IMG/VR virus record: IMGVR_UViG_3300049199_000008
Span: 1-57,300 of that record
DNA length: 57,300 nt
DNA from: a virus
Direction: 5' to 3' (one strand)
Position 1 is the first letter of the stretch. Every line of letters begins with the position of its first letter. The position numbers were made by a program, and so were the translations under genes. Under the pieces are notes generated by a model. The model did no database searches, was not told the origin of the DNA, and worked only from the letters and a program-made list of their open reading frames with translations. Shown here piece after piece: positions 44,169 through 53,075 of this stretch.

Positions 44169-44496
44169 GGATGGGGTGTACGACTATGCGCATGACGCAG
44201 AAGTCGTGGAGAATCTTAAAGCGTTCTGTAACGTGTTCACAGCTTTCCCTACTGACAGTAAAGTAGCAAAAGAAGTTATAACTGTGGCTGAAATTGACGC
44301 TTACATAGGTGCTTTGAATGCAAAACATGAATCTTTAAACCTATTTCCACGGCTGCAAACTGAGCTAGAGGCGTTACGTATCGACGCCCGCCGCTGGCAA
44401 GCCGTCCGTGATGGCAGCTACGAGCTGTTACACAATTTATCAACCGCACCTGCTCAATACCGCGAGCAGATTATCGACGAGGTAATTAAGCTATGA
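44158..44496 (+). CDS. Hypothetical protein
   Basis: ORF track, 112 aa. Confidence 0.55.
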   Translation: MDRKDGVYDYAHDAEVVENLKAFCNVFTAFPTDSKVAKEVITVAEIDAYIGALNAKHESLNLFPRLQTELEALRIDARRWQAVRDGSYELLHNLSTAPAQYREQIIDEVIKL

Positions 44497-44693
44497 AACT
44501 ATCAGTAGAGTTAGAAAAGTGGCGCGCTGATCGCCCTGATGAGTGGAAGATGGACGAATTCATCCGTAAAGCCGCTGAACTTGAGTCTAACCGTGACGCA
44601 ATCATAGAGCGCTTATTGTGCCTTAGTGTAAGTGGTCACAGTATTATTGATTTAGACAGACGTTTAGCGGATCTCGTCAGGGGTGCAAAATGA
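44493..44693 (+). CDS. Hypothetical protein
   Basis: ORF track; overlap-coupled. Confidence 0.5.
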   Translation: MKLSVELEKWRADRPDEWKMDEFIRKAAELESNRDAIIERLLCLSVSGHSIIDLDRRLADLVRGAK

Positions 44694-44893
44694 CCACACT
44701 GACCAACGCGCTCAGCGATATTAAATCCCGTGATGAGTTTCACGCCGTTACCGAGACTTGGTGCTGGGATTACCATTTCCGCTACGATATGAGCCTGCCG
44801 CTGCGTAAAAACATATCAGCAGCTCGGCGCCAGAACCGGTTTATTGTGGCTATAGCACTCAGCGAAGCGGCACGTATCTATGATAAGCTTTGA
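44690..44893 (+). CDS. Hypothetical protein
   Basis: ORF track; overlap-coupled. Confidence 0.5.
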   Translation: MTTLTNALSDIKSRDEFHAVTETWCWDYHFRYDMSLPLRKNISAARRQNRFIVAIALSEAARIYDKL

Positions 44894-45158
44894 CGACCTG
44901 ACGCTCGAGCAGCAGCGCATCAGGCGGCTTGAGGATGAAGTACAGCGGCTGCGGGCTGAGGTTAAGTCGCGTAATGCTTTAATCTGGTATTACCGCAATA
45001 AGCTCGGTATTAAGGCGCATAACACCAGCAGTAAAACCGAAGTGATTAAACTGATCGAACAGGGCTTAACAAACGCTGAGATTTACCAGCTGGGTTACGT
45101 GAAGTCCACAGTTCGTCGCATCAGAGGGGAGTACGAGCGTGCAAATAACTCAAAGTGA
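44880..45158 (+). CDS. Coiled-coil protein with a C-terminal HTH
   Basis: KTEVIKLIEQGLTNAEIYQLGYVKSTVRRIRGEY resembles a resolvase/Hin-type HTH. Confidence 0.5.
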   Translation: MISFDDLTLEQQRIRRLEDEVQRLRAEVKSRNALIWYYRNKLGIKAHNTSSKTEVIKLIEQGLTNAEIYQLGYVKSTVRRIRGEYERANNSK

Positions 45159-45486
45159 GTTACGCTTCTACCAGTCAACGGCAATACCGCACCGCCGCTA
45201 TGGGATGCTGACGTATACACATCGCAGTATTGACCCTGACAAGCTCATAGCGCTGTGCGATTGTGGTCGTACTGCACTGGTCTGTAAGCGCGCTAAGTCC
45301 TGCGGGTGTTTGGTAGCCACAGTAAGCTCGGCGGCTGGTGTCGCTAAGCGGCGTAAATTAACTGACTCTGACGTTGCGCCTATTCGCAGCAGCTCAGAGC
45401 GTGGTACAGTGCTGGCGGCCCGTTACGGCGTCAGTGAATCAACGATAAGCAGCGTCCGAGTTGGACGGAGGTATAAAAGCATATGA
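45139..45486 (+). CDS. Zinc-cluster plus HTH DNA-binding protein
   Basis: GGGGAG SD plus GTG start. CDCG...C...SCGC, then GTVLAARYGVSESTISSVRVGRRY. Confidence 0.5.
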   Translation: MQITQSELRFYQSTAIPHRRYGMLTYTHRSIDPDKLIALCDCGRTALVCKRAKSCGCLVATVSSAAGVAKRRKLTDSDVAPIRSSSERGTVLAARYGVSESTISSVRVGRRYKSI

Positions 45487-45821
45487 ATATTAATTTTGGC
45501 CGTAAAGGCTCAGTAACAATAGATGGTCGCACCTTTAGTGGTAATAACATTTCCATCAGCGGCGACAAGGTGATCATCGACGGCGTTCAACAAGAAGGCT
45601 CGTTAGTTGGTGACGTCCACGTAAGTATTAACGGTGATGTGGAAGCCCTTCAAATTACGTCGGGTAGTATTACTGTAACAGGTGCCGCTGGAAGTATTAA
45701 AACTACGTCAGGCGACGTTAAGTGTGGCGACGTATCAGGGTCTGTGCAGACTGTTTCAGGTGATGTAGCGTGCGGTAATGTGGCTGGAAACATCAGAACA
45801 GTGTCAGGTGACGTAAAATGA
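45483..45821 (+). CDS. Beta-solenoid repeat protein (bactofilin-like)
   Basis: Iterated G-D/S-V units: SGDVKCGDVSGSVQTVSGDVACGNVAGNIRTVSGDVK. Confidence 0.5.
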   Translation: MNINFGRKGSVTIDGRTFSGNNISISGDKVIIDGVQQEGSLVGDVHVSINGDVEALQITSGSITVTGAAGSIKTTSGDVKCGDVSGSVQTVSGDVACGNVAGNIRTVSGDVK

Positions 45822-46339
45822 ATATCATATATAAAGCGCGACTATTCGCCACGGCTGCACATGATGCAGTAGGCCAACAGCGCAAGTATACGGGCGAGCC
45901 GTACATTAACCACCCTGCCGAGGTTGTGGACATCATCGAACGTAACGCTATACACTTCACAGACCGTCAGCTCGCCGCCGCTTGGCTGCATGACGTTGTG
46001 GAAGATACGGGCGTGAGCTTGGAGCTGATAGCGCAAGAGTTCGGCGGTTATGTCGCTAAGCTTGTAGAGCATTTGACCGATGTCAGCAAGCCAGAGGACG
46101 GCAACCGTGCAGCGCGTAAAGCCATTGATTTAGAACACACCGCTAAATGCTGCCCGGCCGCTGCCACAATCAAAGTGGCTGATTTGATCAGTAACTCGCG
46201 GTCAATTATGGAACGTGACCCAGAGTTCGCAAAGGTGTACATTCCTGAAAAGCTTAAGACGCTGGAAGTGCTTAAAAATAAAGCCGACCCAGCATTGTAT
46301 GAAATGGCGTTAGCCGTATGTAACGGAGCAATAAAATGA
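45818..46339 (+). CDS. HD-domain (p)ppGpp hydrolase-like protein (small alarmone hydrolase, SpoT/Mesh1-type)
   Basis: QRKYTGEPYINHPAEV and AAWLHDVVEDT (the HDxxED signature). Confidence 0.7.
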   Translation: MNIIYKARLFATAAHDAVGQQRKYTGEPYINHPAEVVDIIERNAIHFTDRQLAAAWLHDVVEDTGVSLELIAQEFGGYVAKLVEHLTDVSKPEDGNRAARKAIDLEHTAKCCPAAATIKVADLISNSRSIMERDPEFAKVYIPEKLKTLEVLKNKADPALYEMALAVCNGAIK

Positions 46340-46764
46340 ATATAAACATTAAACTACTCGACGACCGCGCCCAGTTGCCGGTATATGCTACAAGCGGCGC
46401 TGGCTGCTTTGATATTTCCTGTATTGAAGGTGCGGACATAGCGCCAGGTGATAGCCACAATTTCAGTACCGGTCTGGCGTTTGAAATACCTGACGGTCAC
46501 GTTATGCTGGTGTTTAGCCGCTCTGGTCACGGATTTAAGCACGATACGCGGCTGAGTAATGCGGTTGGTGTGATCGACTCGGACTATACGGGAATTTTAC
46601 GCGTCAAGCTGCGTAACGACGGTAACAGTACTGTGGCTATAGCAGCTGGCGACCGTATCGCTCAGGGCCTTATCATGCCAGTATTTGCTGTCGGTTTTAC
46701 CCGGGTAAACGAGTTGAAAGAAACTGAACGCGGTGATAAGGGGTTTGGCAGCACGGACCTATAG
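46336..46764 (+). CDS. dut: dUTP diphosphatase
   Basis: ATSGAGCFD, GVIDSDYTG and C-terminal RGDKGFGSTD motifs. Confidence 0.85.
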   Translation: MNINIKLLDDRAQLPVYATSGAGCFDISCIEGADIAPGDSHNFSTGLAFEIPDGHVMLVFSRSGHGFKHDTRLSNAVGVIDSDYTGILRVKLRNDGNSTVAIAAGDRIAQGLIMPVFAVGFTRVNELKETERGDKGFGSTDL

Positions 46765-46782
46765 CCACCACCCGCCGCTCTA

Positions 46783-46791
46783 TGCTACTAT
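46783..46791 (+). promoter_or_regulatory. Extended -10-like box TGCTACTAT upstream of portal
   Basis: TG-c-TACTAT lies 31 nt before ATG 46822. Weaker match than the TGnTAWACT set. Confidence 0.3.
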
Positions 46792-46821
46792 TACGGCATT
46801 ACCTTAGTCGGAGTGCCGATA

Positions 46822-48171
46822 ATGTCAGACCAATACGAACCGCTCGCCGTCGCTGGGTATTCATCCTCCGGCGGCGATGTGATCGACGATTACTTACCGG
46901 AGCTGCGCGGTAAACGTGGCCGCTTGCTTATCCGGCAGATGCTCAACGATTCCACTATTGCTGCCTACAGCTTAGCGGTTGGTTCGATTTACTCTGGTAT
47001 TCCTTGGTTTGTAGACCCTGCCGTTGACGATGAGAGTCCTGCAGCTGCTGACGCGGCTGAATGGCTGCGCGCTGCGTTATTTGACCACATGGGCGACCCA
47101 ATCAATAAGCAGCCTGACGATACATGGTCAGCATTCGTTCAGACGTTTCCAGAGGTGGACGGCTTCGGCTGGGGCTATTACGATGTACAGACTAAGCAGC
47201 TTGCGGACGGCACTGAGGGTGTCGCCAGGTTAATACCTATCACCCCTGAAACACTGTACGATTGGGCTATTGATGACAGGGGATATATTCGTGGACTTAC
47301 TCAAGAGTCGCCACGCACCTTTCAGCAGAAATTCATACCGACCGACCGCGCACTACATTTAATCAGCTCGCCGTACAAGGGTAGCCCTGAGGGTCGTAGT
47401 ATATTCCGGTCAGCTTACCGCGAGTGGTACTATAAAAAACTGAATATGGAAATCGAAGCGATACTCCACGACCGTGGCGCGGGCTTTCCGGTGATCAGTG
47501 TTCACGCAGACGTTAAGCGTCAGGCTATGGAGGTGGACGGTAACGGGCAGCCGACCGCTCGCGCACGCGCTGCAATCTCTGCGATGAACAGCTACGCGCA
47601 GATGGCCCGCAATATCAAGCGTAACGAGCAGTCGGGCGCTGTAGTTTACTTTGACACTGTGAAGGACGTTACAGCAGAGGGGGCAATTACTAACACTTCA
47701 ATTAAGACCGTAGAATTATCGCTGCTATCCGCTGAGTCCACACCTGCGGATATTGATAAAACGATACGCCGACTTGACGCCAGTCTGGCCCGCGCAGTGC
47801 TTGCCGATTTTATGTTCTTTAACACAGATGGCGGTGGTGGTAATAGCGGCGGGTTAGCGCAACGTGTCGAGCTATTCCACAAGTCGCTGACCGGTCTGTT
47901 AGAGCGTAAAGTCGAGACAATCAACCGCCAGTTAATACCGATGCTGTGGGCGCTGAATCCTGGCTTTGATCGCTGGCCGATGCCTAAAATCCGTGCAGGC
48001 GTTATCGAGCGTGCAGGCGTCGAAACTATCGTTAAGTCGTTAGAAGCGTTAAGCCGCGCAGGGTTCCCAGTCGCTCCGGATATAGGCGTACAAGAGCACC
48101 TATACCAAGAGCTGGGATTACCGACTGATGGGATAGCTGAGCGGCCGGTGGTAGACTTGCCGCTGGATTAA
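46822..48171 (+). CDS. Portal protein
   Basis: About 450 aa, between terL and the Mu-F-like gene. GGAG SD before ATG 46822 (track GTG 46813). The family call is positional. Confidence 0.7.
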   Translation: MSDQYEPLAVAGYSSSGGDVIDDYLPELRGKRGRLLIRQMLNDSTIAAYSLAVGSIYSGIPWFVDPAVDDESPAAADAAEWLRAALFDHMGDPINKQPDDTWSAFVQTFPEVDGFGWGYYDVQTKQLADGTEGVARLIPITPETLYDWAIDDRGYIRGLTQESPRTFQQKFIPTDRALHLISSPYKGSPEGRSIFRSAYREWYYKKLNMEIEAILHDRGAGFPVISVHADVKRQAMEVDGNGQPTARARAAISAMNSYAQMARNIKRNEQSGAVVYFDTVKDVTAEGAITNTSIKTVELSLLSAESTPADIDKTIRRLDASLARAVLADFMFFNTDGGGGNSGGLAQRVELFHKSLTGLLERKVETINRQLIPMLWALNPGFDRWPMPKIRAGVIERAGVETIVKSLEALSRAGFPVAPDIGVQEHLYQELGLPTDGIAERPVVDLPLD

Positions 48172-48377
48172 GGTTGTGTGGCTATAGCCTCGGATAGTAT
48201 TTTATAGCCCGACCCAAAGCAGCTTAAAATAACTACAGGTACTCCATCAATGCGATAGTCACCTGAATCAGTGCTAGGGTCCATAGCAGGCCCTATTTTC
48301 TGCCACGTTACACCACAAACTACGATAAGCTGAGGATTTATAACGCGCTTTAAGTCCTTACGGATGTGATTGATCAT
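48168..48377 (-). CDS. Hypothetical small protein, antisense cassette 6
   Basis: ATG 48377 (MINHIRK) in an ATGA overlap. Its stop overlaps the portal stop (TTAA). Confidence 0.5.
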   Translation of the reverse strand: MINHIRKDLKRVINPQLIVVCGVTWQKIGPAMDPSTDSGDYRIDGVPVVILSCFGSGYKILSEAIATQP

Positions 48378-48637
48378 ACCCCGCACTCCCAGTAAACGTG
48401 CCATACAGTACCGTCATTTAATTGAACGGTCCCGATGTATGTAAACCCGTCTGGAATATCCCATCCAGTACCAAATACTTGAATAACGTGACGGCTACCG
48501 GGGTCGGACGGTTCTAACTCACCCCATAGTGTAATCGCACCACGCTGTAACTGAACGGCAAGCGGCTTGAAGTTCACACCGGCAACGCCGATGCGGTTAT
48601 AACCAATCTCTAACGGGTATTTATGTATTACTCGCAT
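48374..48637 (-). CDS. Conserved-looking small phage protein, antisense cassette 6
   Basis: IHKYPL...LW...GTGWDIP...YIGT...VWHVY is a pattern recurrent in small phage proteins. Confidence 0.6.
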   Translation of the reverse strand: MRVIHKYPLEIGYNRIGVAGVNFKPLAVQLQRGAITLWGELEPSDPGSRHVIQVFGTGWDIPDGFTYIGTVQLNDGTVWHVYWECGV

Positions 48638-48691
48638 ATTATTGCTCCAAGGTTATTTAAGACGTTTTCAGTGTAATTGATAAAACTACAG

Positions 48692-48720
48692 TTGACAAGT
48701 GATTAATTGCGGATAATACT
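48692..48720 (+). promoter_or_regulatory. Sigma70-type promoter
   Basis: TTGACA (48692-48697), 16-17 nt, TAATACT. Confidence 0.5.
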
Positions 48721-48754
48721 GACAGCGTGATTAATTAACTCGGAGCGATACACC

Positions 48755-48970
48755 ATGAACGAAAGACTGGAAGCAACTATTATATGCTGTGCGCGACTGT
48801 CAGAAGGAACTACACCTTCACGTGTGGCAGACGACTTTATTAAGAAAGTAGAGTTAACCACAGGTTTGACTTACAGCGGTATGACGCGTATAGGTGTGTT
48901 TGTTAAACTTCACGACGCTTTGAGAAGTCATGGTGACGCGAGTAAAGCGTTAATCGAGGCTGGATTATGA
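48755..48970 (+). CDS. Hypothetical protein
   Basis: ORF track; GGAG SD. Confidence 0.55.
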   Translation: MNERLEATIICCARLSEGTTPSRVADDFIKKVELTTGLTYSGMTRIGVFVKLHDALRSHGDASKALIEAGL

Positions 48971-49122
48971 AATACACCATCCAAGGCGTCGGGATTTACC
49001 TCAACGGTAAGCTACTGGCCAACGCCGTAACACCAGAAGCCGCCCGCCAGCTCGTACAGCAGTTGAACGGACCTGACGATTACTTAATGCGCGTGTACAA
49101 CGCACTGGAGACTAATGTATGA
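48967..49122 (+). CDS. Hypothetical small protein, 51 aa (below the ORF-track cutoff)
   Basis: ATGA overlaps at both ends fill an otherwise empty gap. MKYTIQGVGIYLNGKLLANAV... Confidence 0.5.
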   Translation: MKYTIQGVGIYLNGKLLANAVTPEAARQLVQQLNGPDDYLMRVYNALETNV

Positions 49123-49346
49123 CTTATTTATATCAGCTCACTGAGCGATGTGACCAACAATTAGACACTGCCACAACAAAGCTTGACGGATGCTTTAAAG
49201 TTGATAATTACTTTACGCGCCGCGCTCGATTACGACACTTTAAAAAGAACTTAGGCCGAGTTTATGGTCGCGGCCACCGCACTATGCTGCGATTAGAATC
49301 ACTATACTGGAAGTCTAAAAAGTTCAGTGTGGCGATTGATGCGTAG
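49119..49346 (+). CDS. Hypothetical protein
   Basis: ORF track, 75 aa. Confidence 0.5.
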   Translation: MTYLYQLTERCDQQLDTATTKLDGCFKVDNYFTRRARLRHFKKNLGRVYGRGHRTMLRLESLYWKSKKFSVAIDA

Positions 49347-49629
49347 CGGCGACCTCGTAACGCACCCAACGGACGGCACGTTTATTATTGAAGCCATCAG
49401 CGACCCGACGCCGCTATACCCACTCGGTAAAGCCAAGCGCGCTGACGGCCCCTGGTATCCGTGCCACACGCTGACAGTCGTGGAATGCCGCTGGCCGGGC
49501 GGTACGCTCGTAGAGTTGGGGCAGACGACTGACCGTGGCGTGATCACTGAATTAAACAAACAGCGACGTATGGTCGCTTTAAACAGAGGAAAATTAATAT
49601 GGCCGATAAATTTGCTGACGCTCCGATAG
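49339..49629 (+). CDS. Hypothetical protein
   Basis: ATG 49339 (MRSGDLVTHP). The longest ORF starts at 49327. Confidence 0.5.
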   Translation: MRSGDLVTHPTDGTFIIEAISDPTPLYPLGKAKRADGPWYPCHTLTVVECRWPGGTLVELGQTTDRGVITELNKQRRMVALNRGKLIWPINLLTLR

Positions 49630-49949
49630 GCGCGACGCATTGGGGCGTGTATAAGGAGGGTGGCGTCGGGATAGTGTACTATCGCTTCGACGGGCATGTG
49701 TGGAAATTCTGGTTTGTGGATAAATGGAAGCGGTGCGAGGATAACCGTCCGTCATTCATAACGACGCCACTACCGTCACGTACCGCCACACCGCCGGAAC
49801 ACACTCTATGCTGCGGTACGACGTGTGACAAGCAAGCGGTTAACCGGTACATTAAACAGCTTGAAGCGGTTGCGGCTGCTGCTCGGGCGCTGCCCGTAGC
49901 GGTGCAAAGCGAAACATTACAAATAGCACTGAACGAGGTGGGTAAATGA
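49599..49949 (+). CDS. Hypothetical protein with an AP-GATH/W-rich N-terminal motif
   Basis: AGAGGA SD. DAPIGATHWGVY...WKFWFVDKW. Confidence 0.55.
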   Translation: MADKFADAPIGATHWGVYKEGGVGIVYYRFDGHVWKFWFVDKWKRCEDNRPSFITTPLPSRTATPPEHTLCCGTTCDKQAVNRYIKQLEAVAAAARALPVAVQSETLQIALNEVGK

Positions 49950-50551
49950 TTGACTGGAATAGCGCGCCAGAGGGTGCGGAGTATTGTGTTAACGGCTCGT
50001 TTTATAAATTCGCAGCAGACCGCGAGATTCTATTTTTTCAACCGACTTGCGGCTGGGTTAGCTCTGCCTGTCAAAGTCTTACAGTTCTGAAACAGCAGGA
50101 CGACTACTGCGAGCGACCCAAAGACTGGCCGACTGACGGGCAGCAACTACCAACATCAGTTACAGCCGCCGACCGAGCTGTTAGTATTGCTAAAACTATA
50201 GTCCAGCAGCTTTCAGAAATGTCAGTCGCGGAACTAACTTGCATTAGCCGTACGGATGAAGCTAAACGCCTCGTGGCTATACTTGGAGTGCCGCCAGCAG
50301 TTAAAGCCAATCATCCCCGCGCCAACAAATACGACCGCACCATTCACGGTAAATACGGTACGGGCTCGTGCACTGTGGACGTGTATCGCGTACTTAACGC
50401 ATTCGGCCCGCTGTCGCCAGAGATTGATCACAGTATTAAGAAACTGCTCGCGGCCGGGCAACGCGGTGCGAAATCAGAGCGCCAGGATCTGCTCGAAGCA
50501 ATTCAAAGTATCGAAGCGCGGTTACAGTATCTGGAGGCGACTGATGCGTAA
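49946..50551 (+). CDS. Hypothetical protein, C-terminal DUF3310-like region
   Basis: N-terminal SAPEGAEY...FYKF. C-terminal DVYRVLNAF...HSIKKLLAAGQRGAKSERQDLLEA resembles DUF3310. Confidence 0.55.
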   Translation: MIDWNSAPEGAEYCVNGSFYKFAADREILFFQPTCGWVSSACQSLTVLKQQDDYCERPKDWPTDGQQLPTSVTAADRAVSIAKTIVQQLSEMSVAELTCISRTDEAKRLVAILGVPPAVKANHPRANKYDRTIHGKYGTGSCTVDVYRVLNAFGPLSPEIDHSIKKLLAAGQRGAKSERQDLLEAIQSIEARLQYLEATDA

Positions 50552-50759
50552 AGCTATGTTAGTCAACCGCCACACCTATGGTTACTTTTACCCAGACAGT
50601 TCAGTGTTTGAATGTACGCATGGTGCGTGGGACGGTGTAGTAACTTTTATTGACGACACCACATGCTCAATTAGCACTGTAAGTGGTATCAGTAGCTATC
50701 AGTGGATTGACAAGGTGCCTGAAGAATACGGAGGTCACGACGATGTCAATAAACAGTGA
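50544..50759 (+). CDS. Hypothetical protein
   Basis: GGAGG SD before ATG 50544. The track ORF (from 50256) overlaps the previous gene. Confidence 0.5.
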   Translation: MRKAMLVNRHTYGYFYPDSSVFECTHGAWDGVVTFIDDTTCSISTVSGISSYQWIDKVPEEYGGHDDVNKQ

Positions 50760-50964
50760 AGCACTGACGCTGGTGTTGAGTCGGCGTTTAGCCATTGTCG
50801 ATGGTCGTAACCAGCAGGAAGCGATGATCCACACCGCAAGGCGGCTGCGGGCAGAGACGCGCAACCGTGATACATATGAGTCACTGGGTATATTTCTGAG
50901 CGCAGCACCTGCTGAGCGCCAGAAGGTTGTGGATATGTCGGAGCGTATGTTTTTAAATGCGTAG
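50743..50964 (+). CDS. Hypothetical protein
   Basis: GGAGG SD before ATG 50743. Confidence 0.5.
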   Translation: MSINSEALTLVLSRRLAIVDGRNQQEAMIHTARRLRAETRNRDTYESLGIFLSAAPAERQKVVDMSERMFLNA

Positions 50965-51055
50965 AGCCGACAAAGATTTCCTTGCCGTTGTAATAGGTAT
51001 ATTGATATTTTTAGCGATTCTGGCGCTATCATCAGTTTTAATCGGCAATACTTAA
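50957..51055 (+). CDS. Possible 32-aa membrane peptide
   Basis: MRRADKDFLAVVIGILIFLAILALSSVLIGNT. Overlaps the upstream stop. No clear SD. Confidence 0.3.
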   Translation: MRRADKDFLAVVIGILIFLAILALSSVLIGNT

Positions 51056-51077
51056 CACTATAATAATCATAACAATG

Positions 51078-51117
51078 GTCGCATCCAGCTTAACGGCGTA
51101 AGAGGTGCGACTTTTTT
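51078..51117 (+). terminator. Rho-independent terminator
   Basis: GTCGCA / TGCGAC stem with a long loop, followed by TTTTTT. Confidence 0.5.
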
Positions 51118-51119
51118 CA

Positions 51120-51161
51120 TGCTATACTACCGCCACACTGCAGCTAGCCGTGCTATACTAC
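51120..51161 (+). promoter_or_regulatory. Two tandem TGCTATACTAC extended -10 boxes
   Basis: Identical 11-mers at 51120-51130 and 51151-51161. Confidence 0.45.
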
Positions 51162-51352
51162 AGGTAGACGGCGGATAAAAGGACTATGCGCTGACTGACC
51201 ACACGGCTCGGTTAAATTGATCAACTATTTAAGCTAAGACTGTGACGGATGATACTGAGTCGACCCGTAAAATATCTGGTAACCCGAGACGAAAGTGGGT
51301 ATGGATACTCGTTAAGCGACGTAATTCGGCTGTCTGGATAGGGTAACGCTAT

Positions 51353-51370
51353 AGCCGCCTTCGGGCGGCT
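51353..51370 (+). other. GC-rich TTCG-tetraloop hairpin
   Basis: AGCCGCC-TTCG-GGCGGCT, with only one or two T after it. Confidence 0.6.
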
Positions 51371-51373
51371 TCA

Positions 51374-51384
51374 TGCTATACTAC
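51374..51384 (+). promoter_or_regulatory. Third TGCTATACTAC extended -10 box
   Basis: Identical 11-mer, 29 nt before ATG 51414. Confidence 0.45.
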
Positions 51385-51413
51385 GCCCACCACCACCACC
51401 GGAGCCTCGCGCC

Positions 51414-52352
51414 ATGCCAGACCCATACCCACAGCTCGCAGCACAATACGAACCGTTAGTCCGTGACGCCCTACTCAGAGCGTGGGAAACTCTACGCCGC
51501 CAGGGTACGCTTGCAGAGCTATCCGAGGCTATCCAGACGGGTGGCGCGTATGCCGTCCTGCAGTACCTGAACAGCATTGAACCGGTATTAGCTGCTGAAC
51601 TTGTACCGGTACTTGAGGACGCGATACTTGCTGGCGGTCGTGCCGTTGTGGAAATACTACCCGCAGGCTCTGTGCTCGGACCGTTTACGTTCAGCCTTGT
51701 CAACCCACAGGCGGCGGCTTACATCCGTGAGTACTCACTCGACCTGATCCGTGAGATATCTCAAGAGACAGTCGAAGCGGTGCGTATCGCTGTGCAAGCG
51801 TCTATCGTTGCCGGTCGCAACCCTATCGACACGGCGCGCACGTTCCGCTCGGCCATAGGTCTTACCCGGGTGCGTGAGGAAACTGTACAACGCTTTCAGC
51901 AGGCGTTACTGGATGGTGATGCGGCGTATATCGCTTCACTGGCTACAGCCGACCAGCGCATGGTTACAGCTGCCGCAAGCGGTGAGGTACGGCAAGCACA
52001 GATAGACCGTATGGTAAACCAGATGCGCCAGCGGTATGTTACGCAGCGTAGCGAGACGATAGCGCGTACAGAAGCGTTACGGGCGCTCAGTATCGGGCAA
52101 GACCAAGCGATACGTGACGGGTTGTTGCTAGGCGTTTTGAGCGAAAAATTAGGTAAAGCTTGGGTGCCGCGTCGAGGGGATGGTCGCACCCGTGAGCCAC
52201 ATTTAGAAACGCCCGGGCTTAACGGCACGATACCGTATAACCAGGCGTTTAACACCCCACTAGGGCCGATGATGTTCCCACGCGACCCAAATGGGACAGC
52301 GGCTAACGTAATTAACTGCCGCTGTAGGCTTCGTATAGTTATGTTGGATTAG
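51414..52352 (+). CDS. Head morphogenesis protein (Mu F / SPP1 gp7 family)
   Basis: C-terminal region with RTREPHL...GT...VINCRCRL is typical of this family. Position near portal. Confidence 0.75.
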   Translation: MPDPYPQLAAQYEPLVRDALLRAWETLRRQGTLAELSEAIQTGGAYAVLQYLNSIEPVLAAELVPVLEDAILAGGRAVVEILPAGSVLGPFTFSLVNPQAAAYIREYSLDLIREISQETVEAVRIAVQASIVAGRNPIDTARTFRSAIGLTRVREETVQRFQQALLDGDAAYIASLATADQRMVTAAASGEVRQAQIDRMVNQMRQRYVTQRSETIARTEALRALSIGQDQAIRDGLLLGVLSEKLGKAWVPRRGDGRTREPHLETPGLNGTIPYNQAFNTPLGPMMFPRDPNGTAANVINCRCRLRIVMLD

Positions 52353-52716
52353 TGAGTGGTGTCAGTGTGGCTACCGTCGCGTTAGGGTTTAACGAAAAGT
52401 AAAAGTGCCACTTATCGTCAGACCACATATATAACTGATGATCGTCAAGTTTCCAGAAACAGTTTTCACAGTCGGCAACTGTACCGAAGTGTGTAGCACC
52501 GTTGGGTATTTCAGATGGTGGCGTTGCATAAACCTGACCGGCTAACGGAGGTGTAGCGTCTTGCCACAACCCGCATGATTTAACACTACCAGCCGCTTTA
52601 AACGACACGCCCAGTACGCCGCACGTATCCACAAACTCAACCCGTGACAGTGTAACACCATGTTCAGTTTTAACGCGGTTGAACGCTTCCGCGAGTATTT
52701 CAGTGATTGTTGTCAT
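52339..52716 (-). CDS. Hypothetical protein with an NGATHFG/W-rich motif, antisense cassette 7
   Basis: ORF track. Its 3' end overlaps the Mu-F-like gene by 14 nt. Confidence 0.55.
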   Translation of the reverse strand: MTTITEILAEAFNRVKTEHGVTLSRVEFVDTCGVLGVSFKAAGSVKSCGLWQDATPPLAGQVYATPPSEIPNGATHFGTVADCENCFWKLDDHQLYMWSDDKWHFYFSLNPNATVATLTPLTNPT

Positions 52717-53075
52717 TATTTCAGCTCCTCTGGTATTTCTACGGTTTTACCTAGTTTAAGAGTTACTACAGCGCGGCAGATTGCTATTAATGCTGTTGGG
52801 CCTTCAGACTTCCCACGACACCATTCATCGTCGTAAGCCTTAGCTAACCATTGCGACTGTGGGAATTTCTCAAGAAACACATGGTATTTGTCAATTAACG
52901 GGCCACCCTGCGTCCAATTGGTCGACGGGGAGAACCCATCTTCATAGACCTGAATATCATCTTTAAAATATTCAATATCATTTGAATTATAAAGAGCAGC
53001 TACTAAACCAATGGACATAGCCACGCACCAATCAAGTGCCGCACCTGTTAACTCACTTACGCTTACTGTAGCCAC
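52716..53075 (-). CDS. DUF2591 (NinX-like) protein
   Basis: LTGAALDWCVA...FSPSTNWTQGGPLI...GPTALIAICRAVV. Confidence 0.6.
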   Translation of the reverse strand: MATVSVSELTGAALDWCVAMSIGLVAALYNSNDIEYFKDDIQVYEDGFSPSTNWTQGGPLIDKYHVFLEKFPQSQWLAKAYDDEWCRGKSEGPTALIAICRAVVTLKLGKTVEIPEELK

